Shown: in pieces, positions 1 through 9,303 of the stretch | How positions within the stretch are numbered: the stretch's first letter is position 1 | Layout: every line of letters begins with the position of its first letter | Origin: Nitrospirota bacterium | Lineage (GTDB): Bacteria; Nitrospirota; Thermodesulfovibrionia; Thermodesulfovibrionales; Dissulfurispiraceae | Length of the DNA: 64,000 nt | Reading direction: 5' to 3' | Assembly: GCA_015233655.1 (NCBI GenBank) | Contig: JADFXI010000002.1 | Location: forward strand, 2,903-66,902 | Notes under the pieces: generated by a model | What the model saw: the letters and a program-made list of their open reading frames with translations, nothing else | What the model was told of the DNA's origin: nothing | Databases searched by the model: none | Position numbers and translations under genes: made by a program

Positions 1-72
1 GTTCTTGTTGCCGCTGAAGTTGAATAAGAAATTGCAACCAGCCGCTGAAGAATAAATTGAAAAGGAATTTAA

Positions 73-318
73 TTGGAGGACGGTCTAATGTTTAGTGGAA
101 CAGACGCAACAATTGTTTTAGTAGTGCTTGGAACGCCGATTGTTTTGTGGCTTTACTCTCTTATCGATTTGCTAAAAAACAATTTTAAAGGCGGGAAAGT
201 CATCTGGTTCCTGGTGATTTGTTTCTTACCGCTTCTGGGGCCTCTACTTTACCTGCTCATCGGCAGAAAACAGAAAATAATAACCGACACTCAAACCGGG
301 GGAGACAGCAATGAATGA
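73..318 (+). CDS. small membrane protein, PLD-nuclease N-terminal (PLDc_N-like) domain
   Basis: 81 aa with two hydrophobic helices. The segment KVIWFLVICFLPLLGPLLYLLIGRK resembles the PLDc_N / cardiolipin-synthase N-terminal membrane domain. Confidence 0.55.
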   Translation: MEDGLMFSGTDATIVLVVLGTPIVLWLYSLIDLLKNNFKGGKVIWFLVICFLPLLGPLLYLLIGRKQKIITDTQTGGDSNE

Positions 319-898
319 AAAACAAAAATCAACTCTGTGGAATATGACAAGTCAGGCAGCGGCGATTGTCTTTGCTGCTATTGTTTTGATAGTCGGACAT
401 GCCGGCTATAACATTATAACCAGGCCTGGCACAGGTGACGCGCTGAAAGCGCTTCAACCGGAGGGATCTGAACAGTATAAAAGCAATTTTAAGGTTCTGT
501 CTGTGACAAAATTAGACGGGCAGTCAACTGAGTTAATGGGTCTCAAACACTATTCTATGATAGTACACGCGATCGGGGAAATCACGAAAGATGATGAGGA
601 GCCGACCGGACAAAAACAGTCGAGGTATCAGCGTTACGGCTTTTGGGGAATGCAGACACGCGAAATCGTTACAGCGATAGAATGGAGGCAATGGAAGAAG
701 GGGACGCAATGTGCTTGTGACGGTTCTGTAGAATGGGTGAAGACAGAAAAGAAATGGAATCCGACTGCGAAGTGCTTTTTCAGTCCGGTTAAAGAAATGC
801 CGGTCACGGTTTGGAAGCAGACTGCAGCCGCACAGGAACAAGAACATAAAGAGGCGGACTCAAAGGGCAAGAAGGCGCAGAAGGCGGGCACCCAATAA
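311..898 (+). CDS. hypothetical membrane-anchored protein
   Basis: 195 aa ORF overlapping the upstream stop. It has one N-terminal TM helix (AAAIVFAAIVLIVGHAGY) and a Lys-rich C-terminus. No recognisable motif. Confidence 0.4.
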   Translation: MNEKQKSTLWNMTSQAAAIVFAAIVLIVGHAGYNIITRPGTGDALKALQPEGSEQYKSNFKVLSVTKLDGQSTELMGLKHYSMIVHAIGEITKDDEEPTGQKQSRYQRYGFWGMQTREIVTAIEWRQWKKGTQCACDGSVEWVKTEKKWNPTAKCFFSPVKEMPVTVWKQTAAAQEQEHKEADSKGKKAQKAGTQ

Positions 899-1197
899 AT
901 ATAGTGGAAAAATGGAATGGGGCCGATGGTTAGCAATGCAGGAGTTGTAACAGCCGGTCACCAGAACATGTCGATGGTCCAATAGAAAAACAATTCCTAT
1001 TTCCCTCCGTCCTGTTACTGTCCTTGTACTATACTTATTAATAGACGTACAATATCCTTATTGTTAAAGTAAAGAAGGTGAATTATCCCATACGTGCCGC
1101 GGTACAAAACCACTCCTCACTTACTAACTCTGATCGAGGAGATAACCTTAAAGCTAAAATCGACATGTCTCCTATATCTGTTTCGTGGGTAAAAAAA

Positions 1198-1269
1198 TAA
1201 AAATGGGGTCGCATCTTCATTATTGACAGCCTCTATTTGTAAACATTGAAGATTTTGACACCATGCACG
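1198..1269. repeat. about 72 bp direct repeat, copy A, upstream of the BrnT/BrnA cassette
   Basis: taaaaatggggtcgcatcttcattattgacagcctctatttgtaaacattgaagattttgacaccatgcacg recurs at 2028-2099 with a few substitutions. Confidence 0.85.
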
Positions 1270-1347
1270 CCCCATTACTGATTGTTAGACCGGGAAAATG
1301 AAAAATGATGTTATCTCTGTCTGGATTGGGAATTTTTATATAGCTGT

Positions 1348-1683
1348 TTGACAGAACCACGGAGTCTTGATATTATAAATCATGAATACAAAAGGCATAC
1401 AGTTGTGAAGTTTTTTGACTGGAACAGCGAGAAGAACGAGATACTTAAGAAAGAACGGGGTATATCATTTGAGCAGGTAGAACTGGCTATCGCAGCAGGA
1501 GATTTGCTCGACCGGGTTCGGCATCCCAATCCTGCAAAATATCCTAATCAAAAAGTCTTTATAGTAAAAATTGAAGATTATGTTTATTCCGTGCCATATG
1601 TTGAGGATGACGAAACTATATTTTTGAAAACAATAATACCAAATAGCAAGGCGACAAAGAAATATTTAGGAGGCAATACATGA
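1348..1683 (+). CDS. brnT: BrnT-family (DUF497) toxin
   Basis: FDWNSEKNEILKKERGISFEQV matches the fEWD..K...N..KHG.sFeea signature of BrnT. The C-terminal IIPNSKATKKY resembles IISARKAtk.E. It overlaps the partner gene by 4 nt. The true start may be GTG 1405. Confidence 0.65.
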   Translation: MTEPRSLDIINHEYKRHTVVKFFDWNSEKNEILKKERGISFEQVELAIAAGDLLDRVRHPNPAKYPNQKVFIVKIEDYVYSVPYVEDDETIFLKTIIPNSKATKKYLGGNT

Positions 1684-1955
1684 AAAAGACAAAATATTTG
1701 GATAACGTCGAAATGGAAATGGCCAAATCACTTGAAAAGGAAGAATGGGTTTCCGATCTTACCAAGAAGGAAAAGAAACAGTATGAGGAATATGCCAGAG
1801 ATAGTTTGAGCAAACAAAAGAGGATCAATATCAGAATGACAGTACGAGATTTAAAGAAAATTCAGGCTAAAGCAGTCGAAGAGGGGTTGCCATACCAATC
1901 GCTTATATCAATGCTTATTCATAAGTACAATGAAGGAAAACTAAGGATAAATTGA
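1680..1955 (+). CDS. brnA: BrnA / CopG-like antitoxin
   Basis: 91 aa, translationally coupled to the BrnT-like gene. The C-terminal INIRMTVRDLKKIQAKAVEEGLPYQSLISMLIHKY is the typical BrnA ribbon-helix-helix-like tail. Confidence 0.65.
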   Translation: MKKTKYLDNVEMEMAKSLEKEEWVSDLTKKEKKQYEEYARDSLSKQKRINIRMTVRDLKKIQAKAVEEGLPYQSLISMLIHKYNEGKLRIN

Positions 1956-2027
1956 AAGAGAGCCTAATAGTAGCTCAAGAGAGACGTGGCGATCTAACCC
2001 CGAAAGGTTTTTAGTATTAGAGAAGAG

Positions 2028-2099
2028 TAAAAATGGGGTCGCATCTTCATTATAGATAGCCTCTATTTGTAAACATCGAAGATTTGATAACCATGCACG
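2028..2099. repeat. about 72 bp direct repeat, copy B, downstream of the BrnT/BrnA cassette
   Basis: taaaaatggggtcgcatcttcattatagatagcctctatttgtaaacatcgaagatttgataaccatgcacg is roughly 90 percent identical to 1198-1269 by eye. Confidence 0.85.
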
Positions 2100-2240
2100 G
2101 AAGTTGCAAATAGCTGAGGGGGGAAAGGCATCTAAATTGTAGGTATATAAGATGACTGTTTGCCGGAAAAACAGGCAAATATTGCCAAAATGGCGCCAAT
2201 ATGCTGCTCTAACAATCAGGAAAGAAGGCGTATATTATTT

Positions 2241-2513
2241 ATGAAAATAGAAGATAGAATCCCGGCGAGGATGCCCCACACGGTCTATGAGAAGATTGCC
2301 GAAGCCGCTCAGTCGGTCGGGGCAACGCTTAACCAATTCCTTGTCCAGGCAGCATTGGAAAGGGCAAACGAAATACTTGAACGAGAACGGGTAATAACCT
2401 TGTCCTCTAGTGCCGTAAAAGCCATTTTTGATCTGATGGAAAATCCGCCAAAACCGAAGGAGCAGCTAAAAAGGGCTGTAAAGCGCAGAAAGAATCTCTT
2501 GTGCTGCAGATAG
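2241..2513 (+). CDS. DUF1778 (TacA-like) antitoxin
   Basis: IPARMPHTVYEKIAEAAQSVGATLNQFLVQAALERANEIL is the DUF1778 RHH antitoxin signature. It overlaps the GNAT toxin start. ATG 2241 is preferred over the longer ORF starting at 2160. Confidence 0.7.
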   Translation: MKIEDRIPARMPHTVYEKIAEAAQSVGATLNQFLVQAALERANEILERERVITLSSSAVKAIFDLMENPPKPKEQLKRAVKRRKNLLCCR

Positions 2514-2885
2514 CACCTCAATCCCGCGACCACATTCGCTCTGATTTTGATTGTGGATTACCTGAACTCAACGCAGTTTTCAAGGCCACTGCCCGGCAGC
2601 ACATCGCTAAGGGGATATCCCGCACATGGTCTCGCTGCTGTCAGGCTTGCCCGTCTGGCTGTTTCCAGCAGAAATCAGGTTAAGGGTTATGGCGAACTCA
2701 TGCTTGCTGAAGCGTGCCACCGCACAGTGCTGATTGCGGAACAGGCCGGGGTCATAGGTCTTTTTGTGGATGCGAAAAACTCTCGTGCGCGTGCCTTCTA
2801 CGAGCATTACGGATTTGTTCAAGTTCCTGGAAACGCTTTGCATTTATTTCTTCCCATTAAAACCCTGCGGTCAGTCGCGTCCTGA
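2501..2885 (+). pseudogene. TacT-like GNAT acetyltransferase toxin, frameshifted and internally deleted
   Basis: The N-terminus (GTG 2501: LQIAPQSRDHIRSDFDCGLPELNAVFKATARQHIAKGISRTW) and the C-terminus (RLARLAVSSRNQVKGYGELMLAEA...FYEHYGFV) lie in different frames. They join near 2615-2640, and the central part of the GNAT fold is missing. Confidence 0.6.
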
Positions 2886-3116
2886 CAATAATTGACTGCC
2901 CTCATCCCTGAAAGTCGCATTAAATTACTATCGGCCTCTGGCGTCCGTAATCATGATGTGTGCTTTTTATGCTTACGGACTGAGACCCTGAGCATTTCAT
3001 CTTATGAACGTAAAATATAAAGATGTTCCGCTTTCCTAGGTCTTCAGAACTTTTTTCAAAAGTATTATCTCATAAGAGTCCAACTTAATGCCGCAAAATG
3101 AAAAGGAGGGTGCAAG

Positions 3117-3602
3117 GTGAATAAGGCAGATGGAGTGTTATTGAGACTGAGGAGTTGTCAAAGGGGCTATTCGCTTATAGAGTTTGCAATTACGATGGGG
3201 CTTGTGGCGCTTGTAGCCGGGGGAGTTTTTGCTGCTTACAAGTTCAGGGTTGCACCGGCAGCATGGACAAGCGCAAAGTTCGACATATTCAACAGCGTAC
3301 TAGCCGCAGCGCAGACCGCCCAGGCTGCAAGAGGGAATGCTTATCCTGCCCAGGCTTCTGCGGCAGCTTTAACGTCATCTGCACTAGCAGCATACGTAGG
3401 TTCGACGTCGACTGATATCAGCAACTGGACTTATCAATGCAGCGGTTCCAATTTGACGCTGGTGGTTGTAGTCCCTGACGCCCCAAGTGGCGATTCCGTG
3501 AGCATGCTGAAAGATAGAATTTCGTATTCAGTGCCGAATTCTACGGTCACTAATAGTGCCAATAGTGTCACAGTAGCTATATCGCCGGTTAATTGCCAAT
3601 AG
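3117..3602 (+). CDS. type IV prepilin-like protein
   Basis: GTG start preceded by AAAGGAGGG. The class III signal LRSCQRG|YSLIEFAITMGLVALVAGGVFAAY has Gly at -1 and Glu at +5. The C-terminal domain is Ala/Ser-rich with two Cys. Confidence 0.7.
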   Translation: MNKADGVLLRLRSCQRGYSLIEFAITMGLVALVAGGVFAAYKFRVAPAAWTSAKFDIFNSVLAAAQTAQAARGNAYPAQASAAALTSSALAAYVGSTSTDISNWTYQCSGSNLTLVVVVPDAPSGDSVSMLKDRISYSVPNSTVTNSANSVTVAISPVNCQ

Positions 3603-3621
3603 ATAAAAAAGGATTTAATGT

Positions 3622-4134
3622 ATGCAACTGTTTGTAATTGCGATTTCTGCGCTTATCGTCGGGCTGGCACTTTCGATGACGAGCTTAAATAACCCGGCCA
3701 ACTACGACACTGCTGCAGTGGCCGACAGCCTCGCGCCAGAGCATTCTCTTTACGACGGCGCTGCGAACATCACCGCTGCTGCAAATGTCTCAATGGAACG
3801 CAGCAGACTCACAAGCGTGGAACAATCGCTTGTAGACGTGTGCAGAGCCATATACTGGATGGGGAAAAACAACGGTTGTTCGCCCTTGGATGAGGGTTTT
3901 ACGTGGCAGTTCATGCTTAATCAGGGGACAACCGGCGCTTTAAATAGCGTGCTAAGCGTTCCATCGACGAGCACGTTTTCATGCGGGAGCCCCGGCCAGT
4001 ATGGGGCGTACTTGCTGCGAGGCGTGTATAGTGACCTTGGCGGGTACAAGTATAACCTGAACAATAGCACCGGCACAGGCGTTATAAGCGGGCAGGCCGA
4101 CCCGTGTGCTTATGCGGATATTGTGTATAGGTAA
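3622..4134 (+). CDS. hypothetical membrane-anchored / secreted protein (possible minor pilus component)
   Basis: 170 aa with an N-terminal hydrophobic helix (FVIAISALIVGLALSMTS) and several Cys. It sits directly after the pilin gene and abuts the ATPase gene. No G-1/E+5 motif. Confidence 0.4.
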   Translation: MQLFVIAISALIVGLALSMTSLNNPANYDTAAVADSLAPEHSLYDGAANITAAANVSMERSRLTSVEQSLVDVCRAIYWMGKNNGCSPLDEGFTWQFMLNQGTTGALNSVLSVPSTSTFSCGSPGQYGAYLLRGVYSDLGGYKYNLNNSTGTGVISGQADPCAYADIVYR

Positions 4135-5831
4135 TGGGTAGTAGAGGAGGAAACACCGTGGAATGTCTTGCTGAACAAAGTAAAAACGGTTTTTACAGAC
4201 TTTTCGTCCGGAAAGTTATCGACAGAGTGGGGAGAGATAAATATGTTTTTGCAGTGGGGAAAAAAGAGGATACAAAAGACTCACATATAATTAACACACT
4301 GAACTCTCTCGGCATCCTTGCTTATCGCGAAAGCTTTGAGTTACTCAAGGAATCCCTCAGGGAATTAGGCAACGGAGGCGTGATAATTGACTATGACCCT
4401 AACGATATAACAGTATTTGAGGGAGATGTCTACCTGTGTTCGGACGACGGCAGCCGCATAAAAGTCAAGCCAATCTTCTACCCCCATCAGGACACGGACG
4501 AGATTCAGATACTCCTGAGTTACGACCACTGCCAAAATCTTTCGCTGGAGTCGTCAATACAGAAGACGGAGGAGAGAGGAGATATTATCTGCTTCACGTT
4601 TAAGGACATAGTGAGAAAAGCACTTTTGTTTAATGCGTCTGATATACACATACTGCCTAAAACAGACCACTACAGGGTATTTTTCAGGATAGACGGGAGG
4701 TTCCTGGAAATCCCCGAGTTCCTGATGAATGTGGAGCAGGGGAAGGCTTTTTCGAGAATGATCAGAATAGAGGCGAGCGACCATACGAAAGGCAGTTTTA
4801 ACATAGATGAAACTAAAGTATCGCAGCTCGGCAAAATAGAATACTCAGACCTTGGTGTCGGACTCAGACTTGAGTTTGTCCCGGACGGCAGGACGCTTGA
4901 GCATGTTGACATTACGGCAAGGATAATTTCCAAAGGGTCGCTGGAGATATCGGCCAATATGGAAGGCAATCTAAGAAAGTGCGGCTTTGCCGAAGACGAT
5001 ATTGTTTCATTTGAGTCCATAACCCGCAGGAAAACCGGCCTTGTTGTTGTGAGTGGGGTCGTAAATTCCGGCAAATCCACAACTATATGGAATGTACTGC
5101 CGGCCCTCGACCGGACAAAAAAGATAGGGACTGTGGAGGACCCCGTGGAATGTGTTCTTGACAGGCATAACATAATTCAGCACCAGATATATGAACCTGA
5201 AAAGGAAAGCCTGAAGATGGGGTTTGAGCAATTTATAAAATCATTTAAAAGAGGCGATTACGATGTCGTGTTTATAGGCGAATGGAGGAAGTCAAAAGGA
5301 CTGACCGAAGCTATTGTTGAGCAGGCAAATGCAGGACAGCTGATATTCACCACGCTGCACGTAAAAAGTTCGTTTGAGATATACAGCGCGATCAGCGAGA
5401 TGTTTCACATACAGAAAAATGTATCTGCGAGGCTGGTGCTTATGTCTTTGAATCAGCTTCTTTTACCGAAACTCTGCAAGCACTGCAAAATAGAAACGGA
5501 CATAGGCTTTTCACAAGACGATGTAAGGTACCTGAATACCCTCACGAAGATCGAAAAGGAGAAGTTGCTGTCTTTTTCATCCAAAGGATACAGGAGGAAA
5601 GAGGAAGGGTGCAGCTATTGTTACCATACCGGATATAAGGGCAGGACAGTCATCTATGATTATTTTATTCCAACTCAGGAGTTCATAAGTGAGGTCGTCA
5701 AGAATGACCTTAGCCCTAACGAAATTAAGAACCTGGCGTTGATGTACGGGATAGGCAAGACTAAGCTATCTGTTTTCCTTGATAGGGTGAGGGAAGGCCT
5801 AATAGAAAAATCATGTGTGGAGGAAATCTGA
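4134..5831 (+). CDS. GspE/PilB-type assembly ATPase
   Basis: ASDIHILPKTDHYRVFFRIDGRF; Walker A VSGVVNSGKSTT; Asp box TVEDPVE; Walker B VVFIGEWR; His box FTTLHV. The C-terminal tetracysteine CKHCK...CSYCYHTGYKGR is typical of PilB/GspE. Confidence 0.85.
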   Translation: MGSRGGNTVECLAEQSKNGFYRLFVRKVIDRVGRDKYVFAVGKKEDTKDSHIINTLNSLGILAYRESFELLKESLRELGNGGVIIDYDPNDITVFEGDVYLCSDDGSRIKVKPIFYPHQDTDEIQILLSYDHCQNLSLESSIQKTEERGDIICFTFKDIVRKALLFNASDIHILPKTDHYRVFFRIDGRFLEIPEFLMNVEQGKAFSRMIRIEASDHTKGSFNIDETKVSQLGKIEYSDLGVGLRLEFVPDGRTLEHVDITARIISKGSLEISANMEGNLRKCGFAEDDIVSFESITRRKTGLVVVSGVVNSGKSTTIWNVLPALDRTKKIGTVEDPVECVLDRHNIIQHQIYEPEKESLKMGFEQFIKSFKRGDYDVVFIGEWRKSKGLTEAIVEQANAGQLIFTTLHVKSSFEIYSAISEMFHIQKNVSARLVLMSLNQLLLPKLCKHCKIETDIGFSQDDVRYLNTLTKIEKEKLLSFSSKGYRRKEEGCSYCYHTGYKGRTVIYDYFIPTQEFISEVVKNDLSPNEIKNLALMYGIGKTKLSVFLDRVREGLIEKSCVEEI

Positions 5832-7066
5832 CAAATATGAATGAGCTTAATTACGGGTTTGATCACAGGGAGCCATCAAAGGCCCTGGAAGAACTGAAGA
5901 GCAAGCTGGGGTCAAAAAACGGCTGGTTTGTCCGGTTCATCGCCGAGGTCATGAAAATGAAGCAGCATCAAAACATCACGGACATAGTCATCAAAGAAAA
6001 CCAACTTATCAAAGTTGGGGCCGTTAAATCCTTTATTCCCTTATTGATAAAGCTTGAATTAAACAACAGCATTTTCAAGCCCTCCGGAGACGATATAAAC
6101 TTTCTCACTCATTCCCTGCTGGGGAAGGACCACAGCTACCTCAACAGCATGTCTTCCATTGATTTCTCACTGGCCATATACGGAATAGGGATATTCAGGA
6201 TGAATTACTCCAGAGACATAATGGGCGTCGGGCTGAGCATAAGGTATTTGGACTTTGACATTCCCGAGTTTGATCGACTGCAGTACCCGGCGTATTACAA
6301 GAAATTTTTTGAGACATTGGTAAGAGAAAGGACATTGGTTGACGCGGAAGGCAAACAGCATAGAATAGGATTCATTGGAAGCGGCGGCCTGGTGCTGCAT
6401 ATAGGCCCGACCGGGAGCGGCAAAACAACGGCAATAGCAAGTGAACTGCGGCACATCGCCGACAGAATCAGCGGAACCATTGTTACTTACGAGAATCCGG
6501 TCGAATACCGCTTTGTTCAGTCAAAGGCCATAGTGAGGCAATTTGAGCTGGGCAAACACATTAAAGACCAGGAAAGGCTCTCGACATTTGAAACCCTGAA
6601 GTATCATCTCCTCAGAAACGCTCCATCAGTAGCAATGATTTCAGAAGTCAAGACCGAGCAGGAGATATTTGAGTTGATAGACGTTGCCAACAGGGGGCAC
6701 CTTGTCTTTTCGACCATGCATGCCAAGAACACAATAGAAGCCTTGTCTCTTATGCTGTCGGTGATTAAGAGCGCCAGACATTTACTTGCGACCAGCTTGC
6801 TGGCCATAGTTTCACATTATCTGCATTTGACACTGGATGGCAAGATCGTACCGGTTTATGAAGTATTTATCCCTGATAAAACGGTGAAGAAGAAAATACA
6901 GGACGGGAATCTGGGCGACATACACAGGATGTTTTACCAGGAAAAAGTCCTGGCCCAGTCATCGATGACGTTCCCTGACTGTATATCTGATCTTATGAGC
7001 AGGGGTGTAATATCGGACGAAGAAAAGAAAGAGTTAACTGCGTCCATGATGTCTGCTTTGAACTAA
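5813..7066 (+). CDS. PilT/PilU-like retraction-type ATPase (paralogue 1)
   Basis: Walker A GPTGSGKTT, TYENPVEY, MISEVKTEQE, VFSTMHAKN. No tetracysteine. The start may be ATG 5837. Confidence 0.8.
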   Translation: MCGGNLTNMNELNYGFDHREPSKALEELKSKLGSKNGWFVRFIAEVMKMKQHQNITDIVIKENQLIKVGAVKSFIPLLIKLELNNSIFKPSGDDINFLTHSLLGKDHSYLNSMSSIDFSLAIYGIGIFRMNYSRDIMGVGLSIRYLDFDIPEFDRLQYPAYYKKFFETLVRERTLVDAEGKQHRIGFIGSGGLVLHIGPTGSGKTTAIASELRHIADRISGTIVTYENPVEYRFVQSKAIVRQFELGKHIKDQERLSTFETLKYHLLRNAPSVAMISEVKTEQEIFELIDVANRGHLVFSTMHAKNTIEALSLMLSVIKSARHLLATSLLAIVSHYLHLTLDGKIVPVYEVFIPDKTVKKKIQDGNLGDIHRMFYQEKVLAQSSMTFPDCISDLMSRGVISDEEKKELTASMMSALN

Positions 7067-7096
7067 AAAAAGGCGAATGGCAAAGGAGATTATTGC

Positions 7097-7390
7097 GTGG
7101 AAAACAAATATATCAGGGTGAATTCTGATAAGTTTTTTAACCTGAAGATAGAAATTGGCGAAGTGCTGGGGTGGCTTAAGGCTATTCGTGAGATTTCCGG
7201 AGTGGAAGACCTGTCTGCCGCTTTGGAGATATGTTATTCATATGTGCTCGATAAAGAACAATCGAGGGCAGTTGTGATAGTTACCGAACTGATATATCAG
7301 GAGGCATCAGGGAAAATAATACCGCCTATTAATCTCTACGAGACTTATAGGAATATCGCTATTGGAGATTGCAAGGACTATGCGCCTTGA
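7097..7390 (+). CDS. hypothetical protein
   Basis: 97 aa ORF in the operon gap between the ATPase and the GGDEF gene. No motif recognised. Confidence 0.35.
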   Translation: MENKYIRVNSDKFFNLKIEIGEVLGWLKAIREISGVEDLSAALEICYSYVLDKEQSRAVVIVTELIYQEASGKIIPPINLYETYRNIAIGDCKDYAP

Positions 7391-7412
7391 CTCCCTCAAA
7401 AAAGAAGCGATT

Positions 7413-8312
7413 ATGGTGAAGCCGCTGACTTTGCCGGTTTCAGTGACCGATGCACTCAAGGACTTTATTAAATTTCGAGTTGAGATAATCCCCGTCATGC
7501 ATGGAAATTATCTGAAGGGCCTGTATTTCAGAGATACTGTTGCTTTGGTCACCGATTGCAAAGACGGCAAGGCGTGTTTAGATTTTATAGCACCGGAGGC
7601 GCTCACGGAAATGCCTTATATAGACATATCATCGGGCGACAATGCCCAGATAGACAATTTAAAGACGGCGATCGAAAGCGAGACCTCTGCAGCGCTAATG
7701 ATGAAGGGCATATATCTTGGCATGGTCCCTCATAAAAAAATGGTTGCCTTTGTCCATGAGCAAAAAATAAAGGAAGCGATAATGACCAACCCTCTCACAG
7801 GGCTTCCCGGCAATTATACCATCAGAAAAGAGTTTGAGCGAAAGTCCGAAAACGAAGAAAAATATTATGTGTGCTATCTGGATCTGAACGATTTCAAAGC
7901 TTACAACGATAAGTACGGTGTGGTAAAGGGGGACGAGGTGCTTAAATTCACGTCGTTCCTTCTGCTTCAGCGGTGCGGCGAAAATTTTGTCGGTCATGTT
8001 GGCGGCGATGATTTTATATTTTTTTTACCTGTCGACACAGCCTGTACTATATTGGAAAGTATAGTTTCCGATTTCGACAAGGGGATTTTCGATTTCTACA
8101 GCGAGACTCACCGTAGGCAGGGGGGCATCATTACGTTGGACAGGGAAGGGAGAACGCGCTCCTTCCCCATAATGAGCACAGCAATAGCAGCTGTACTTGT
8201 CGAAGGCAATCACAGCTTTGAACATGTAAACACTTCCCTGGCTGCCCTGAAGAAATCTCTAAAGGAAGAATGCAGAAAAAATAAAGGAGGTTCACTATAT
8301 GCCTATGATTAG
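7413..8312 (+). CDS. CBS-domain / GGDEF-domain protein with GGDDF signature
   Basis: The N-terminal half has CBS-like repeats (PLTLPVSVTDALKDFIKFRVEIIPVMHGNYLKGLYFRD). The C-terminal half has NPLTGLPGN, YLDLNDFKAYNDKYGVVKGDEVL and VGHVGGDDFIFF. ATG 7413 is preferred to the ORF-track start at 7362. Confidence 0.75.
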   Translation: MVKPLTLPVSVTDALKDFIKFRVEIIPVMHGNYLKGLYFRDTVALVTDCKDGKACLDFIAPEALTEMPYIDISSGDNAQIDNLKTAIESETSAALMMKGIYLGMVPHKKMVAFVHEQKIKEAIMTNPLTGLPGNYTIRKEFERKSENEEKYYVCYLDLNDFKAYNDKYGVVKGDEVLKFTSFLLLQRCGENFVGHVGGDDFIFFLPVDTACTILESIVSDFDKGIFDFYSETHRRQGGIITLDREGRTRSFPIMSTAIAAVLVEGNHSFEHVNTSLAALKKSLKEECRKNKGGSLYAYD

Positions 8313-9303
8313 AGAAAACAATTTGCGGTTGCCGGGTATCATTGAGAAGGCATTGGAACTAAATGCCTCTGATATACACATGGTTCCTGGAGACCCGATC
8401 ATGTTTAGAATAGACGGCAGTATCCGCGCTGTGGACGATTATCTTGTCACTGAAGCCGACATCTACGTCCTGCTCGAAAACTATCTGAGCAGCTATACAA
8501 GACAGAAGTATGACGAGAGAAAGTCCTACGACATATCTCTCGGGCTGGACCGTATCAGGGTCAGACTGCATTTCTATGAGTCGCTGCAGGGGGCATGCGT
8601 GAGTTGCAGGCTAGTGCCGCTAATTCCCAGGACTATGGAGGAATTGGCGATCCCTCCGGTGCTGAGGAACTGGATGGATAACAGAGGCATTATCGTCATA
8701 TCCGGTCTCACCAACATGGGGAAGACCACGTCTCTTGCGTCAATGGTGGACTATATCAACGAGCACAGAGAGGAAAAGATTGTTATACTCGAGGACCCTG
8801 TGGAGTATTTGCATAACAAGAAGAAGGGACTCATAGTGCAGCGTGAGGTGGGACTGAACTCCCCGTCTTATGCCGATGCCCTGCGAGACATTGTAAGAGA
8901 GGACGTCGATACCATTGTTGTAGGGGAAGTCAGAAATGCACAGACTATGGACGCAGTGTTCGGGATGGCGGAGAGCGGGCAAAAAGTATTTACTTCGGTC
9001 CATGCATCAAGTGCCGTGGGGACGATCGAGAGAATAGTAAACATGTTTCCGCTGTCCGACTATGAAAGGGTTTGCCGGAGACTGTCATCGACATTGAATG
9101 GTGTACTGAACCAGTGGCTCTTGCCTAAACAGAAGGGCGGCAGGGTGCTGGCTGCCGAAATTTTCACAAACAGCGACGCTACCCGCTGGCTGCTGAAAGA
9201 CGGCCTTATTCATCAGATCCCTGCCTATCTAGAAAGAGGTACCGACGAGCTATGCTCTCTGAAGATATATAGGGAAAGGCTGGAGAGAAATGGTTTGTTT
9301 TGA
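8299..9303 (+). CDS. PilT-like ATPase (paralogue 2)
   Basis: ASDIHMVPGDPIMFRIDG, ISGLTNMGKTTS, LEDPVEY, VVGEVRNAQT, VFTSVHASS. Confidence 0.85.
   Translation: MPMIRENNLRLPGIIEKALELNASDIHMVPGDPIMFRIDGSIRAVDDYLVTEADIYVLLENYLSSYTRQKYDERKSYDISLGLDRIRVRLHFYESLQGACVSCRLVPLIPRTMEELAIPPVLRNWMDNRGIIVISGLTNMGKTTSLASMVDYINEHREEKIVILEDPVEYLHNKKKGLIVQREVGLNSPSYADALRDIVREDVDTIVVGEVRNAQTMDAVFGMAESGQKVFTSVHASSAVGTIERIVNMFPLSDYERVCRRLSSTLNGVLNQWLLPKQKGGRVLAAEIFTNSDATRWLLKDGLIHQIPAYLERGTDELCSLKIYRERLERNGLF

Noticed and set aside
1198-2099. Integron attC interpretation of the 72 bp repeats
   Set aside because: A GTTAGAC (GTTRRRY-like) core follows copy A only (1284-1290). Copy B lacks a matching core, no third copy follows the next TA cassette, and no intI gene is in the window. 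The repeats are kept as a repeat finding and are not called attC.
4554-5231. Several 74-167 aa minus-strand ORFs inside the GspE-like gene; similar antisense ORFs lie inside groEL, glnE, traC, amt and the MCP gene
   Set aside because: They are entirely nested antisense to genes with strong conserved motifs. These are typical shadow ORFs.
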